Shown here in pieces: positions 26,241 through 38,011 of a stretch of 64,000 nt of DNA. The DNA lies in NCBI RefSeq assembly GCF_030684315.1, contig NC_081391.1, forward strand, positions 22,900,629-22,964,628, in the 5' to 3' direction. The stretch comes from Stegostoma tigrinum (lineage: Eukaryota). The notes under the pieces are model-generated. The model was not told the DNA's origin, ran no database searches, and was given only the letters and a program-made list of their open reading frames with translations. Every line of letters starts with the position of its first letter. Positions within the stretch are counted from its first letter, which is position 1. Position numbers and translations under genes: made by a program.

Positions 26241-26388
26241 GATGAAGGGTCTAGGCCTGAAATGTCAGCCTTCCTGCTTCTTAGATGCTGCTTGGCCTGC
26301 TGTGTTCATCCAGCTCTACACCTTGTTATCTCCAAACTTGTGTCTTGTTTTTGATTATTGCTAGCACTCTCCCCTCTGATTCAAAATG

Positions 26389-26486
26389 GTGTTTTGGGCC
26401 TGGCGTTTTAAGGACGGGGGCCGTGTTTTGGGCCTGGCGTTTTAAGGACGGGGGCTGTGTTTTGGGCCTGGCGTTTTAAGGACGGG
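26389..26486 (+). repeat. 34-bp tandem repeat, about 2.9 copies
   Basis: gtgttttgggcctggcgttttaaggacggggg(cc/ct) starting at 26389, 26423 and 26457. Confidence 0.95.
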
Positions 26487-27119
26487 TGGCTGGACCATTA
26501 ACTTTGATTTCTCTTCATGGATGTTGCCAAACCCGCTGAGGTTTTGCAGCAATTTCTGTTTTTGTTCCAGCTCTGTCAGCTCGTGTGGTACCGAGGCAGT
26601 GCTGCTCTGCTGGAGGTGCTCTCTTTTGAAAGAGACATTGAGCGGAGGCCCCATCCACACAGAGGCCACTACTTTGAGGAAAGGGCGAGTCTCCTGGGCA
26701 ATATCTAACCAATTTGTGCTCCTGAGATGATGCTGGGCCTGCTGTGTTCATCCAGCCTCACATTTTATTATCTTGGATTCTCCAGCATCTGCAGTTCCCA
26801 TTATCACAGACAGATTTTCCGGTTATCATTTTGGGATCTTGCTGGGCACGCCGAAGCTGGCGCGTTTCCAACACTGGCGACAGTGAATGCACCACCAAAA
26901 AAAAACCCAATTGGCTGAATCGGGCCGGCCTGAGGTTGCGAAAGGCGCTATACAAATGTAAACCTCTCCCCAGGTTCAAACGTGCTCTGCCAACGTGAGC
27001 TGATGAAATTGAGAACATGCACCTCTCTGAAACCATGGAGGTATTTTACGTGTAGTTTTGAAAATATTTTTTTAAAAAGTGTTTAATCGATTCCTTAAAA
27101 CAAAAGTGAATGAACCTTG

Positions 27120-27262
27120 AGTTCAGGGGGACCTGGCCGGAAGGAGCGGATAGCTCGCTGTTGATTGGTCAGATGGAGAGCTCGCCCTACAAAAAGACAG
27201 ATGCTATTGGATGAGGGGGGCTGCCAGTCCGGTGACGCAGGGTGGGAGCTAGAAGATGGCGG
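27120..27262 (+). promoter_or_regulatory. ATP5MF CpG-rich proximal promoter
   Basis: CCGGAAG ETS/GABP-like site at 27137-27143, reverse CCAAT boxes at 27164-27168 and 27206-27210, TGACG at 27233-27237, YY1-like AAGATGGCGG over the start codon. Typical of nuclear OXPHOS gene promoters. Confidence 0.6.
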
Positions 27263-27271
27263 ACAGAGCAG
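27256..27271 (+). CDS. ATP5MF: ATP synthase membrane subunit f, coding exon 1 (MADRA)
   Basis: ATG GCG GAC AGA GCA G|gtgagg in a CpG-rich region, strong Kozak context (aagATGG); joins exon 2 in frame. Confidence 0.85.
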
Positions 27272-28851
27272 GTGAGGATCCAGCGGCCCCTGGATACAGT
27301 GTAACCAGAGCAGGATACAGTATTGCCAGTGGAGGGTTACTGTGTTACCAGGCAGTCTGACCAGATACAATGTATCCGCTGCAAGGGCTGGGCATCCCGG
27401 GGGAAGCCGTCACCCCGGGCAAGGTCACCCTGACTGTAGCACAACTCACCCTGCGGGCAGAGGCGACTGTTGGCAGTGGGCCAGAGGTAGACGGGTGGGT
27501 AGGTTGGTAGGTGAGGGACAGTGGGCCGGGGTGGTGGGTTAGACCCGAGAGAGAGAGACACTGGAGGAGCCATGGGCTCTTTGAGAGAGGCGCTGGTGTG
27601 TAGTAAACTGGGGACAATGTCCCAAAGAGAGGGTAGTGAGAAACAGAAATGGCAGTGTTGGGGTGGGGTTGTGTGGCAGTGGAAAGAGAGCAGTGTGCTA
27701 GAGAGAGAGGTAGGGTTTGAGAGAACTTGAGGGAGAGGTAGTCCAGGGTTTGGGGTGGGGAACTAGTAAAAGAGAACTAGAGTAGTGGGGAGGTGCTAGT
27801 GGAGGTCGGGGAAGTGTTGTTGGAGCCTCTGAAAGAGAGGGATAAGGGCTGTGTGTATTGTGGGATATAGGGACTGCACTCTCTTCAACTGAGGCTGGGA
27901 AATATCCCAGAGAGATTGGTCTGAGACTTATGTTAAGAGTGTTAGGAAATGGAGGAGATGCTAAATCTTATAAGAAGAGTTGGCGAGTGTAACGGATTCC
28001 ACTGGCAGAGGCTGGTGTCTGCCTTTTTGAGAGGGTCTGGAAAAGATTGAACTGGCGAGGGTTGTGTTGGGTGGTAGGAGATTGAGAAGTCTCTCAGTGT
28101 GGGATTGGGACTCTGTTTACCCAGTTAGTCTGGTATTCAGTTGCTACTGGCAATTTGAGATCAGGATTGGGGAACTGGCCTGTGGGGTTCAGAGGTGAAT
28201 CAAATTCTAATCATTTATATTCGGTACGGGCTACAGCTCAGTTGGTTGGCTAGTTAGTTTGTGACGACATTGTGGGTTTGATTCCTGTGCTGGCTGAGGT
28301 TATGATGCAGGCTTCTCCTTCTCAACCGTGTCCCTCTTTCGAGGTGTGGTGACCCGAAGGTCAAACCACCTCCAGTCCTGTGGTCCTTTGGAACGATGAT
28401 GATTGTACTTTTTTTATAATCTTGAGGCCCAGGCTAATGTGCTGGGGGTGTGGGGTCAAGTCCCACCATGACATGACATGACATGGCATGGAATTTAAAC
28501 TCCATTAATAAATCTGCAATATGATACCGGTCTCTGTGATGGTGACCATGACAGCTGTTGTTGTATAAACCCATGTGATTCACTAATGTCCTTCGGGGAA
28601 GGAAATCTGCCCTTACCTAGTCTCGTTTATGCATGACTCCAGACACTGCGATATGGTTGCCTCTTCAGCTGCTCGCTGAAATGGGTGAGGAAACCACTCG
28701 GGTTTACGGCAGTAGGAGATGGGTATTGAATGTTGGCCTTGCCAACGGCACCTATCAACAAAGAAGATTGTAACATGCTTTTTTTTTGGCTACCTTCTCC
28801 TCTTATCTCCCTCACCCTGACACTGCCCTCCTGGTTGGTTTTTGTCAGCAG

Positions 28852-28959
28852 TTCCAGTTGCGGAGAAACCTCTGATGGATGTGAAGCTTGGGGAGCTGTC
28901 CCGTTGGATCACTGCACGAGATTTCACCCCCAACGGCATTATCGGGGCTTTGCGTAGAG
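28852..28959 (+). CDS. ATP5MF: ATP5MF coding exon 2 (alternative acceptor would start it at 28849)
   Basis: tttgtcagcag acceptor, gtaag donor. Translates VPVAEKPLMDVKLGELSRWITARDFTPNGIIGALRRG, matching the subunit f VKLGEL..W...RDF motif. Confidence 0.95.
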
Positions 28960-30324
28960 GTAAGAACATAATCTGACCAAATTTTGCAAGTAATTGTGCA
29001 GCATTTTGTAATGGAAACGTTTGACCACTTCCTTTTTAATCAGGCTTTCTATCTGGCACATAGAACATTTACAGCACAGTACAGGCCCTTCGGCCCTTGA
29101 TGTTGTGCCGACCTGTCATACCAATCTGAAGCCCATCTAACCTACACTATTCCATGTATGTCCATATGCTTGTCCATTAAATCCTGCCATATCCAAAGGC
29201 CTGCATTTGATCTGAGGGCAGTTAAGGCTCAATACAACCTTATTTTATCTAAAATTAACACTAAGCATTGGAGAAAATCAGCAGATATAGGCAGCATCTG
29301 GAGAGAGAGAAAAACAGTTAACATTTTTAGGTCCAGTAAGATTCTTCTCTTGGAACAACAGTTCTGAAGAAGTGTCACTTTCGACTGGAAACATTAACTT
29401 CTCCTCTCTCCGTAGATTCTCCCCACTTCCTTAGTTTCCCTAGCACTTTGTGGATCCTGGAGATCAGAAATAGTGTTTTGCTGTTATTTTGGTTACTTCA
29501 GATTGTTGAGGACAGAATGGTTCTGGGCATATTGCCTTGTACACCTCTAGTTCTGCAAGTGCAGTTCTGTGTTTTAGCTAGATTTATACAGAGCTGAAAA
29601 GGCCCTTCGACTCATCAAGTCTGCGCCATGATAACTAGCACTAAAAGTGCGCTAATCTCAATTTCCTGCACTCGTTCTGTATCCTTGAATGTTATGATAT
29701 AATAGTCTGCTGAGGATAGCAATAAAGTGAAAAGTAGTCTCAGGTGTGGCTTAAAGGGAGAAATCAGCAAATATACCCACCTCCACACACATCGTATCTT
29801 GACATGGACTACTTTCAGCACAGCCAGCTCACATTTTCATCTACTTGTCCCTAACATTAGCTTTTCTTCTTCCCTGGCTTATATCAACCATCCATTGTCT
29901 GTTTTGGAGTCTGTCCATGTATCGCCACCGTTCCGCTACCCCCAACACTTTATCTGCAGCTCCCCCTACCCTCACATCCAGTCCTGAGGAAAAGTAATAC
30001 CAGATGCTATCTAGCCTGCTGTGATCTTTTGGCATCCTGTTTGTGTACCTTGGATTCCAGCATCTGCAGTTTGTTTGTTTTGGTTTTTTGTTTCTTAACC
30101 TGAAAATATTTGTGTAGTATCTCACCCGTCACTTGTGGTTCTGCACGTAGATGGCCTTACTGATCTTTAAAGAGGCCTGTTCTATCCCTAGTTGCTCTTT
30201 TGCTCTCTATATGTATTTGTAGAATCATCTTTTGGATTTTTAAAATTGTACAAAGCCATGATCCCATATGGATGAAGTGCTACTGACTATTTTAACTGTG
30301 CTCTCTTTTCCTGTTTCTCTCCAG

Positions 30325-30441
30325 GCCATGACCGTTACTACAATAAGTACATTAATGTAAAGCGAGGTGGGATTGGGGGAATTGCTATGTTTCTGACTGG
30401 TTACGTTCTGCTCAGTTACATCTGGGAGTACGATCACCTCA
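30325..30441 (+). CDS. ATP5MF: ATP5MF coding exon 3
   Basis: Pyrimidine tract plus cag acceptor, gtaagt donor. Translates HDRYYNKYINVKRGGIGGIAMFLTGYVLLSYIWEYDHL, including the RYYNKYINVK motif and the membrane helix. Confidence 0.96.
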
Positions 30442-31843
30442 GTAAGTGGAGCCCCTTGGGCTTGATACTTGTTGCTGAACATGTTAGAGTAAATGGTTAC
30501 ACGCATTGCAATTACACCGAGGCACCAAAGAGTACAGTACGCTGATTGAAGAAAAGTGAAATACTAGTGCACTTTCCAGGAAGTCCAATTTGAAATGTTT
30601 TGCACTGTACTTTAGACAGTTTCTAAATAGTATATTTTTCAGTGTGAAAATGGGGAACAGAGTTGATTCCGACTCTTTTTGTTGGGCTGCTTGAATGATC
30701 CGAGAAGTGTTTTGGAACAGTTGCTTGAGCACCACATGGACCGTGGTGCGCCCAGAAGATGGCTCATTGCCACCTTCAGGGGCGATTGGAAAATCAACAA
30801 ATAAATTCTGTCTTGCCAGCACGTGCCCATGTCCCAGGAAGTATTCTCTGGGACAACTTTAATGTTGTATTTGGCACTTCAGCTACAATCCTCATTACTC
30901 GCAATCCATCCTGTTTACGCAGACAGGTGTTGATTTATGAGGATGTTGCCAAGCCTGGAGGGTTTGAGGGAGAGGCTGACTAGATTGGGGCTATTTTTCT
31001 TGGTGTCAGACCCTGAGAGGTGACCTGACAGACGTTTATAAACTTTCTCGTGCGTGTGCCGCGGGGCACAGTGATGGAGGCTGGTACACCAATAATGTTT
31101 AAACGGCGTCCGGATGGATCTACGGATAGGAAACATTCAGAGGGGAATGGACCAAATTATAGCAAGTGGGAGTAGAGTAATTTAGGTTGGCATGGACAAG
31201 TTGGACAGACGTGTCTATTTCCATGCTGTACAACTCCGACTCTAAGTCGCTCTGCAGCTGACCGGAATATAGCGTGCGTGTGTTACGATCATGCATGAAC
31301 ATCCTGCTGAGAAGTTTTACAGTGCACATGGATGAACTGAGTCAGAAGATGCACAGGTTCAGGTCCCACTCCCAGAAACTGGAGTACATACTCCAGGCTG
31401 ACTCGCAGTGCAGAACTGGAGAAGTGATACATCACCAAAGTTACTGTCTTTTGCCCTGGACCTTAATACTAGGCCCAGAGTGTCACCTTGGGTGGACAAA
31501 AAGATGACCTGGCACTATTGTTAAAGAGCAGTAGGATGCGTGCCCCAATATCGAGGTCAATATTTGCTCAGTCTCCAAAGAACCTGTGAGTTTGGTCATG
31601 AATGCATTGTCATTGTGGGAGCTGGCTGTGTTGAAATTTGTTGCTAAACTTTCATACAATAGTCACTTTTTAAATTTCAAATCAAGAGTACTTCATGGGC
31701 AGCCCAAGGTGTTTCACAGCCAAATGTTGTGAAAGGTGCTCTAGGAATGCTTCCCCAAGCTGTAGAACTAATGCATTCTTGTTATAAGCCAGTAGCTTTC
31801 CACAATCAATTGTTAACTTTTCTTAACTTTATTTTCCCCGCAG

Positions 31844-31872
31844 AGCATGAGCGATGGAGAAAGTACCACTGA
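31844..31872 (+). CDS. ATP5MF: ATP5MF coding exon 4 (KHERWRKYH-stop)
   Basis: ttttccccgcag acceptor; characteristic C-terminus KHERxRKYH; TGA at 31870-31872. Confidence 0.95.
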
Positions 31873-31940
31873 ATTGCTGCTATGTTCCACTTGCTGTATT
31901 TATGGAATTTGAGATGAGTGTTCAAGTTAGAATCATGGAA

Positions 31941-31946
31941 AATAAA
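31941..31946 (+). terminator. Probable polyadenylation signal of ATP5MF
   Basis: AATAAA about 70 nt after the stop codon, followed by a T/GT-rich stretch. Confidence 0.65.
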
Positions 31947-34199
31947 ATCAGAACAGTTTCAATGCTGAATTGTTCATTCTTTGGCTTCCTCACTCTGTAT
32001 CGTGACTGAATATTCCTAAGTGCAGGTGCAATATGAACTAAGCAGAGTGCCTGTTACTAGGAAAGTGCTAGAGTCTATTATGAAGGATATAATAGCAGAG
32101 CATTTTGAAACACTTAATGTGATCGAGCAAAGTCAGCATGGCTTCATTAAGGGGAAATGATGTCTGACTCATTCTTTGAAGAGGTAACCATCAGGATAAA
32201 GGGTCAATGTATTGAATTTTGATTTCCAAAAAGTGTTTAAGGTGTTGCACACAAGGCTACTTTTTTTTAAAAAAAACTCATTTGTGAGATGTGGGTGTCG
32301 TTGGCTGCGCCAGCATTTCTTGTCCATCCCTAGTTGCCCCTTGAGAAGGTGGTGGTGAGCTGTCGTCTTGAATGTCTGCAGTCCACCTGCTGTGTTGACC
32401 CACAATGCCATTGGGAGGCAATTCCAGGATTTTGACCCAGTGACAGTGAAGGAATTATGATTTCTAAGTCAGGATGGGGAGTGGTTTGGAGGTAAACTTG
32501 GCAGGGTGCTGTTCCCATGTATCTATGGCCCTTGTCCTGTAGATGGCAGTGGTTGTGGGTTTGGATGGTGCTATCTGAGGATCTTTGAATTAATAAGATA
32601 GGAGCCCCTTGGAGTAATGTAAGCATGGATAGAACATTAACTTAACTAATGGGAGATAGTTGGGATAATGACCATTTTCACAATGACAACCTATAACTCG
32701 TGCTGTTCAGCCAGAGGGATCAGGGCTGGAATCACAATTATTTACTCTCTAAGTTAGTTAGATGAGAAGAGTGTACTGTTGCCAATGATACAAATAGGTG
32801 GGTTTGCAAGTGGTGAGGATGACAGTGTACAAAGGTTTCTAGACAGTGGGTAGAAACTTCACTGATGCAAAATGTGAAGTTACATTCTTTGGCAGGAAGA
32901 AAAGAACTGTTGAGGTCCTGACTCTCTTCCTCTTCCTCCTCCTCCACAGCTGGTAGCCAAAGAATTCCAAAAGTGATTGATCACTCTCAACATCCAGAGT
33001 TTCCCACCATGTTTGGCATCGTGGCTTGTTTGTTTATTTGAAGTCTGAGGTGGTGGTGGTGGGGGGCGGGGGGGAAAGGGAATGGTTGGGAGAGCTCTCC
33101 CTGTGGTTGGAGTCATACCCAACAGAAAGGAAGATGGGGGTTGTGAATTTAGAGATCACTCATTTCAGCTCCAGGAGTTCTTCCGGGTAGTGTCCTGGGC
33201 CCCCACCACCCTCAGCTGCTTCAGTAAATCTCCCTCTGTCATGAGGTCAGAAATGGGCATGTTCACTGACAGCCACATGATGTTTGGCTCCATTTTTGGA
33301 CAGTGCCCAAATTCAGCCAGACTTGAGCTAAGGGTGGACAACATTTTGTGCCCATAGGTGCCAATGCCCACTTCCAATGAGAGAACTGACATTGACACTC
33401 AATACCATTACCACTGGATACCCACCATCAACGTTCTGGGGGTTACAATTGACATCATTACTGAACTAGACCAGAAATGCTGTGGCCACAAGAGGTGGTC
33501 AAATGTCACAATGTCAGTGGTGAGTAACTTGCCTCTTCACTCCTCAAAGCCTGCAAAACATTGACAGAAGCGTGAAGGAATACTCAAATATGCTTGAATA
33601 CATGCAAATCCAATATTCAGAAGCTTGACACTGTGCTGAGTGTAAATTTAAACAGCATCCTGGTCAGCAGTTTAGATATTTATACTTGCCACCACCAATG
33701 TACTATAGTTAGTATGCTGTTGTATAAAATGCATGTGTGGTGGGAGCATGAGAAATGGAGTAGCAGGAAAGGGTAGAGGCATTGAATAAACTATTTTCAT
33801 CAATCTTCACAGTAGTAGATACAGTAGCATTCCAGAAATAATAAAGACACAAACAGTCAGTACAGAAGAAAGCACTCCGGGAGATTAATGGGCTTAAAAC
33901 TGACAAATCTTCTGGACTTAAATTGTTGGAGGTACCCAAAGGGTTGGTAGCAACCTGGAGTGGGAAAAACATGATTAATGTTGAGTCCAGTGACCCCTTT
34001 CCTCAGAACTGACAACATCGATGAGTTGCATTAGGATATTAAAGGAAGTATCTGCAGAGATAGTGGATGGACTGGTAACAGTCTCCCAGAACCTAAGGAT
34101 TCTTGGAAAAGTGCCAGACAACTTGATAGTTTTCCAGCTATCACCCTTATTCAGAAAGGAGACAAAACTAGTAACAATAGGCCAACGAAACACTCACTG

Positions 34200-35860
34200 T
34201 TGGCTCCATATTTATATCTATAGTTCCTGCACTACATATGAGCAAACAGTTGCACTCAAAGGCAAGCTGCAGACATATGCTGGGCTCACTGAAGGGTGGT
34301 AGAATTGACCCTTCTGCATCCATACGTGTACAGGCAATCCATGATGTAATTCCCCATTTACCCTATTTCTAGCCAAGGCTGGCTTAGCACAATGTGAATT
34401 AGCCAAATAGTCATGTGAGTTGTTGCAATCAGTTCAAAATGAGTTTCTCCTCATGCACTGAAGGATTCCTGCATGTTTGTCAAGACCTTACAAGTTGAGA
34501 ACAGTGGCATGTCTGCATGTTCTTAACATTGCCAGTTTATTTACCAATGTGCCAGTTGAAGAAGCCATTGTCATTTGCACTATATCACTACTTCATAGTA
34601 ATCCAGATGTACCACAGGTCTCTGAATCTGTGGTCTTCAGACTTATATACTTGGCAACTCGTGCAATTGAGTTCAGCTCCGATTGCATGGCAAATGCCCA
34701 ATATTGGCATTGCCATGGAAACTCCTTTGTGTCCAGCCCTTGCTGACATCTTTATTAGTTACCATGAGAAGTGCATCTTTGCCAGAAAGACCATGTAACT
34801 TTTATCCTTTGTACACTGAAATGTAAATGACCGTTTGCAATATTTGAATCCACAGCTGCAAGGAATTTCTTTGTACAATCTAATAAACTCCATTCTGTGC
34901 TCAAATTTACCATTGCAGCATTCAGTTCAGCTGTCTCTTCAGTGTTTTGGTGGAAAAGTCAGAAAATGGGTTCTCAATGACCATCTACCAAAAGCCAACA
35001 GTCGAGGTCGACATATGTGCTGGGATCAGTCCGATCCCATGTGCTGAAAAATCATTCTTATTGGTGACCTTGTGAATAGTACCATTTGCTCACCAGGTAG
35101 TTTTGACATCGAGAATGTGCACATCAAAACTACCCTGTGTCAGAGATAATGGGAACTGCAGATGCTGGAGAATCAAAGATAATAAAATGTGAGGCTGGAT
35201 GAACACAGCAGGCCAAGCAGCATCTCAGGAGCACAAAAGCTGACGTTTCGGGCCTAGACCCTTCATCTCTGATGAAGGGTCTAGGCCCGAAACGTCAGCT
35301 TTTGTGCTCCTGAGATGCTGCTTGGCCTGCTGTGTTCATCCAGCCTCACATTTTATTACCCTGTGTCATGTTGGAGATACCCTGATCAAATCATCACTTG
35401 TATGTTGCGAAAACTCAAGAAATGGCCTGCAGACTCAGTTCAGACTCTGAGCAGTGTCAAGTCTACCTCATTACCCTGCAGGGGAAAAGTGTCTGAAAAC
35501 TTTGAACAGATGAAGCTAACTGTCTCATGCTCCTATTATGTAGTAAACCATGAGTGGTTTTCTCTGTGATCAAAATGCTGCAGTCAAGCCAAAATGTTTT
35601 GCCTACCACACCAATGAATAAAAGTATGCGTTTGTATCAGTGTGATGCCAGCTATGTAGGCTGTAAGCCCCAATGACTGCTGGGCTCTTTCAAAGAACAC
35701 ATCTGTTGATCATCACAGTGGACATCTGAGTGTGCTCAACCAGGCCTCAAGATTATATCCATCATTTGATGTGGTTATGCTAGGAAATAATTTATTAAAT
35801 AATCCAGATTGTGCCATGAGATACACTGGAAACCAATTTAAGATCATCACTCAGGTTGAC
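34200..35860 (+). mobile_element. Highly degraded Poseidon/Penelope-type PLE (RT and GIY-YIG remnants)
   Basis: NIASLFTNVPVEEAI and IAMETPLCPALADIFISYHE resemble the RT motifs SLFTNVP and GxAMGSPLxPxLANIF; CDASYVG near 35640. Frameshifted throughout. Confidence 0.7.
35143..35356. mobile_element. Young palindromic PLE mini-insertion with a 12-bp TSD
   Basis: 88-bp inverted arms 35180-35267 and 35271-35358 around a 3-nt loop; taccctgtgtca at 35131-35142 and 35357-35368. Confidence 0.95.
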
Positions 35861-35896
35861 AGTGAGAGTGCCAGAAGGAACAGAGACATGGAAGAT

Positions 35897-38011
35897 AATA
35901 AAATGTGAGGCTGGATGAACACAGCAGGCCAAGCAGCATCTCAGTAGCACAAAAGCTGACGTTTCGGGCCTAGACCCTTCATCAGAGAGGGGGATGGGGG
36001 GAGGGAACTGGAATAAATAGGGAGAGAGGGGGAGGCGGACCGAAGATGGAGAGTAAAGAAGATAGGTGGAGAGAGTGTAGGTGGGGAGATAGGGAGGGGA
36101 TAGGTCAGTCCAGGGAAGACAGACAGGTCAAGGAGGTGGGATGAGGTTAGTAGGTAGCTGGGGGTGCGGCTTGGGGTGGGAGGAAGGGATGGGTGAGAGG
36201 AAGAACCGGTTAGGGAGGCAGAGATAGGCTTCTTCCTGTCCCGCAGGCCCGACCAGGCCCCCTCCACCGACACTCTCATCCGCCTAGCTGAACTCGTCCT
36301 CACACTCAACAACTTCTCTTTTGACTCCTCCCACTTCCTACAGACTAAGGGGGTGGCCATGGGCACCCGCATGGGCCCCAGCTATGCCTGCCTCTTTGTA
36401 GGTTACGTGGAACAGTCCCTCTTCCGCACCTACACAGGCCCCAAACCCCACCTCTTCCTCCGGTACATTGATGACTGTATCGGCGCCGCCTCTTGCTCCC
36501 CAGAGGAGCTCGACCAGTTCATCCACTTCACCAACACCTTCCACCCCAACCTTCAGTTCACCTGGGCCATCTCCAGCACATCCCTCACCTTCCTGGACCT
36601 CTCAGTCTCCATCTCAGGCAACCAGCTTGTAACTGATGTCCATTTCAAGCCCACCGACTCCCACAGCTACCTAGAATACACCTCCTCCCACCCACCCTCC
36701 TGCAAAAATTCCATCCCCTATTCCCAATTCCTCCGCCTCCGCCGCATCTGCTCCCACGATAAGACATTCCACTCCCGCACATCCCAGATGTCCAAGTTAT
36801 TTAAGGACCGCAACTTCCCCCCCACAGTGATCGAGAACGCCCTTGACCGCGTCTCCCGCATTTCCCGCGACACATCCCTCACACCCCCCCCCCGCCACAA
36901 CCGCCCCAAGAGGATCCCCCTCGTTCTCACACACCACCCTACCAACCTCCGGATACAACGCATTATCCTCCGACACTTCCGCCATTTACAATCCGACCCC
37001 ACCACCCAAGACATTTTTCCATCCCCTCCCCTGTCTGCTTTCCGGAGAGACCACTCTCTCCGTGACTCCCTTGTTCGCTCCACACTGCCCTCCAACCCCA
37101 CCACACCCGGCACCTTCCCCTGCAACCGCAGGAAGTGCTACACTTGTCCCCACACCTCCTCCCTCACCCCCATCCCAGGCCCCAAGATGACATTCCACAT
37201 TAAGCAGAGGTTCACCTGCATATCTGCCAATGTGGTATACTGCATCCACTGTACCCGGTGCGGCTTCCTCTACATTGGGGAAACCAAGCGGAGGCTTGGG
37301 GACCGCTTTGCAGAACACCTCCGCTCAGTTCGCAACAAACAACTGCACCTCCCAGTTGCAAACCATTTCCACTCCCCCTCCCATTCTCTTGATGACATGT
37401 CCATCATGGGCCTCCTGCACTGCCACAATGATGCCACCCGAAGGTTGCAGGAACAGCAACTCATATTCCGCCTGGGAACCCTGCAGCCATATGGTATCAA
37501 TGTGGACTTCACCAGTTTCAAAATCTCCCCTTCCCCCACTGCATCCCTAAACCAGCCCAGTTCATCCCCTCCCCCCACTGCACCACACAACCAGCCCAGC
37601 TCTTCCCCCCCACCCACTGCATCCCAAAACCAGTCCAACCTGTCTCTGCCTCCCTAACCGGTTCTTCCTCTCACCCATCCCTTCCTCCCACCCCAAGCCG
37701 CACCCCCATCTACCTACTAACCTCATCCCACCTCCTTGACCTGTCCGTCTTCCCTGGACTGACCTATCCCCTCCTTACCTCCTCACCTATACTCTCCTCC
37801 CCACCTATCTTCTTTTCTCTCCATCTTCGGTCCGCCCCCCCCCTCTCTCCCTATTTATTCCAGAACCCTCCCCCCATCCCCCTCTCTGATGAAGGGTCTA
37901 GGCCCGAAACGTCAGCTTTTGTGCTCCTGAGATGCTGCTTGGCCTGCTGTGTTCATCCAGCCTCACATTTTATTATCTTGGATTCTCCAGCATCTGCAGT
38001 TCCCATTATCT
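35897..38011 (+). mobile_element. Young 5'-truncated Neptune-type PLE with an inverted tail on the left and a 16-bp TSD
   Basis: Minus tail 35897 to about 36225, then plus body; cagagacatggaagat at 35881-35896 and 38012-38027. Confidence 0.95.
36230..37657 (+). CDS. PLE reverse transcriptase C-terminal half plus GIY-YIG endonuclease (5'-truncated, uninterrupted frame)
   Basis: GVAMGTRMGPSYACLFVG, RYIDD, FLDL, Cys linker CNRRKCYTC and VVYCIHCTRCGFLYIGET...RFAEH. Frame is open from the junction to the stop. Confidence 0.88.
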   Translation, partial: FFLSRRPDQAPSTDTLIRLAELVLTLNNFSFDSSHFLQTKGVAMGTRMGPSYACLFVGYVEQSLFRTYTGPKPHLFLRYIDDCIGAASCSPEELDQFIHFTNTFHPNLQFTWAISSTSLTFLDLSVSISGNQLVTDVHFKPTDSHSYLEYTSSHPPSCKNSIPYSQFLRLRRICSHDKTFHSRTSQMSKLFKDRNFPPTVIENALDRVSRISRDTSLTPPPRHNRPKRIPLVLTHHPTNLRIQRIILRHFRHLQSDPTTQDIFPSPPLSAFRRDHSLRDSLVRSTLPSNPTTPGTFPCNRRKCYTCPHTSSLTPIPGPKMTFHIKQRFTCISANVVYCIHCTRCGFLYIGETKRRLGDRFAEHLRSVRNKQLHLPVANHFHSPSHSLDDMSIMGLLHCHNDATRRLQEQQLIFRLGTLQPYGINVDFTSFKISPSPTASLNQPSSSPPPTAPHNQPSSSPPPTASQNQSNLSLPP

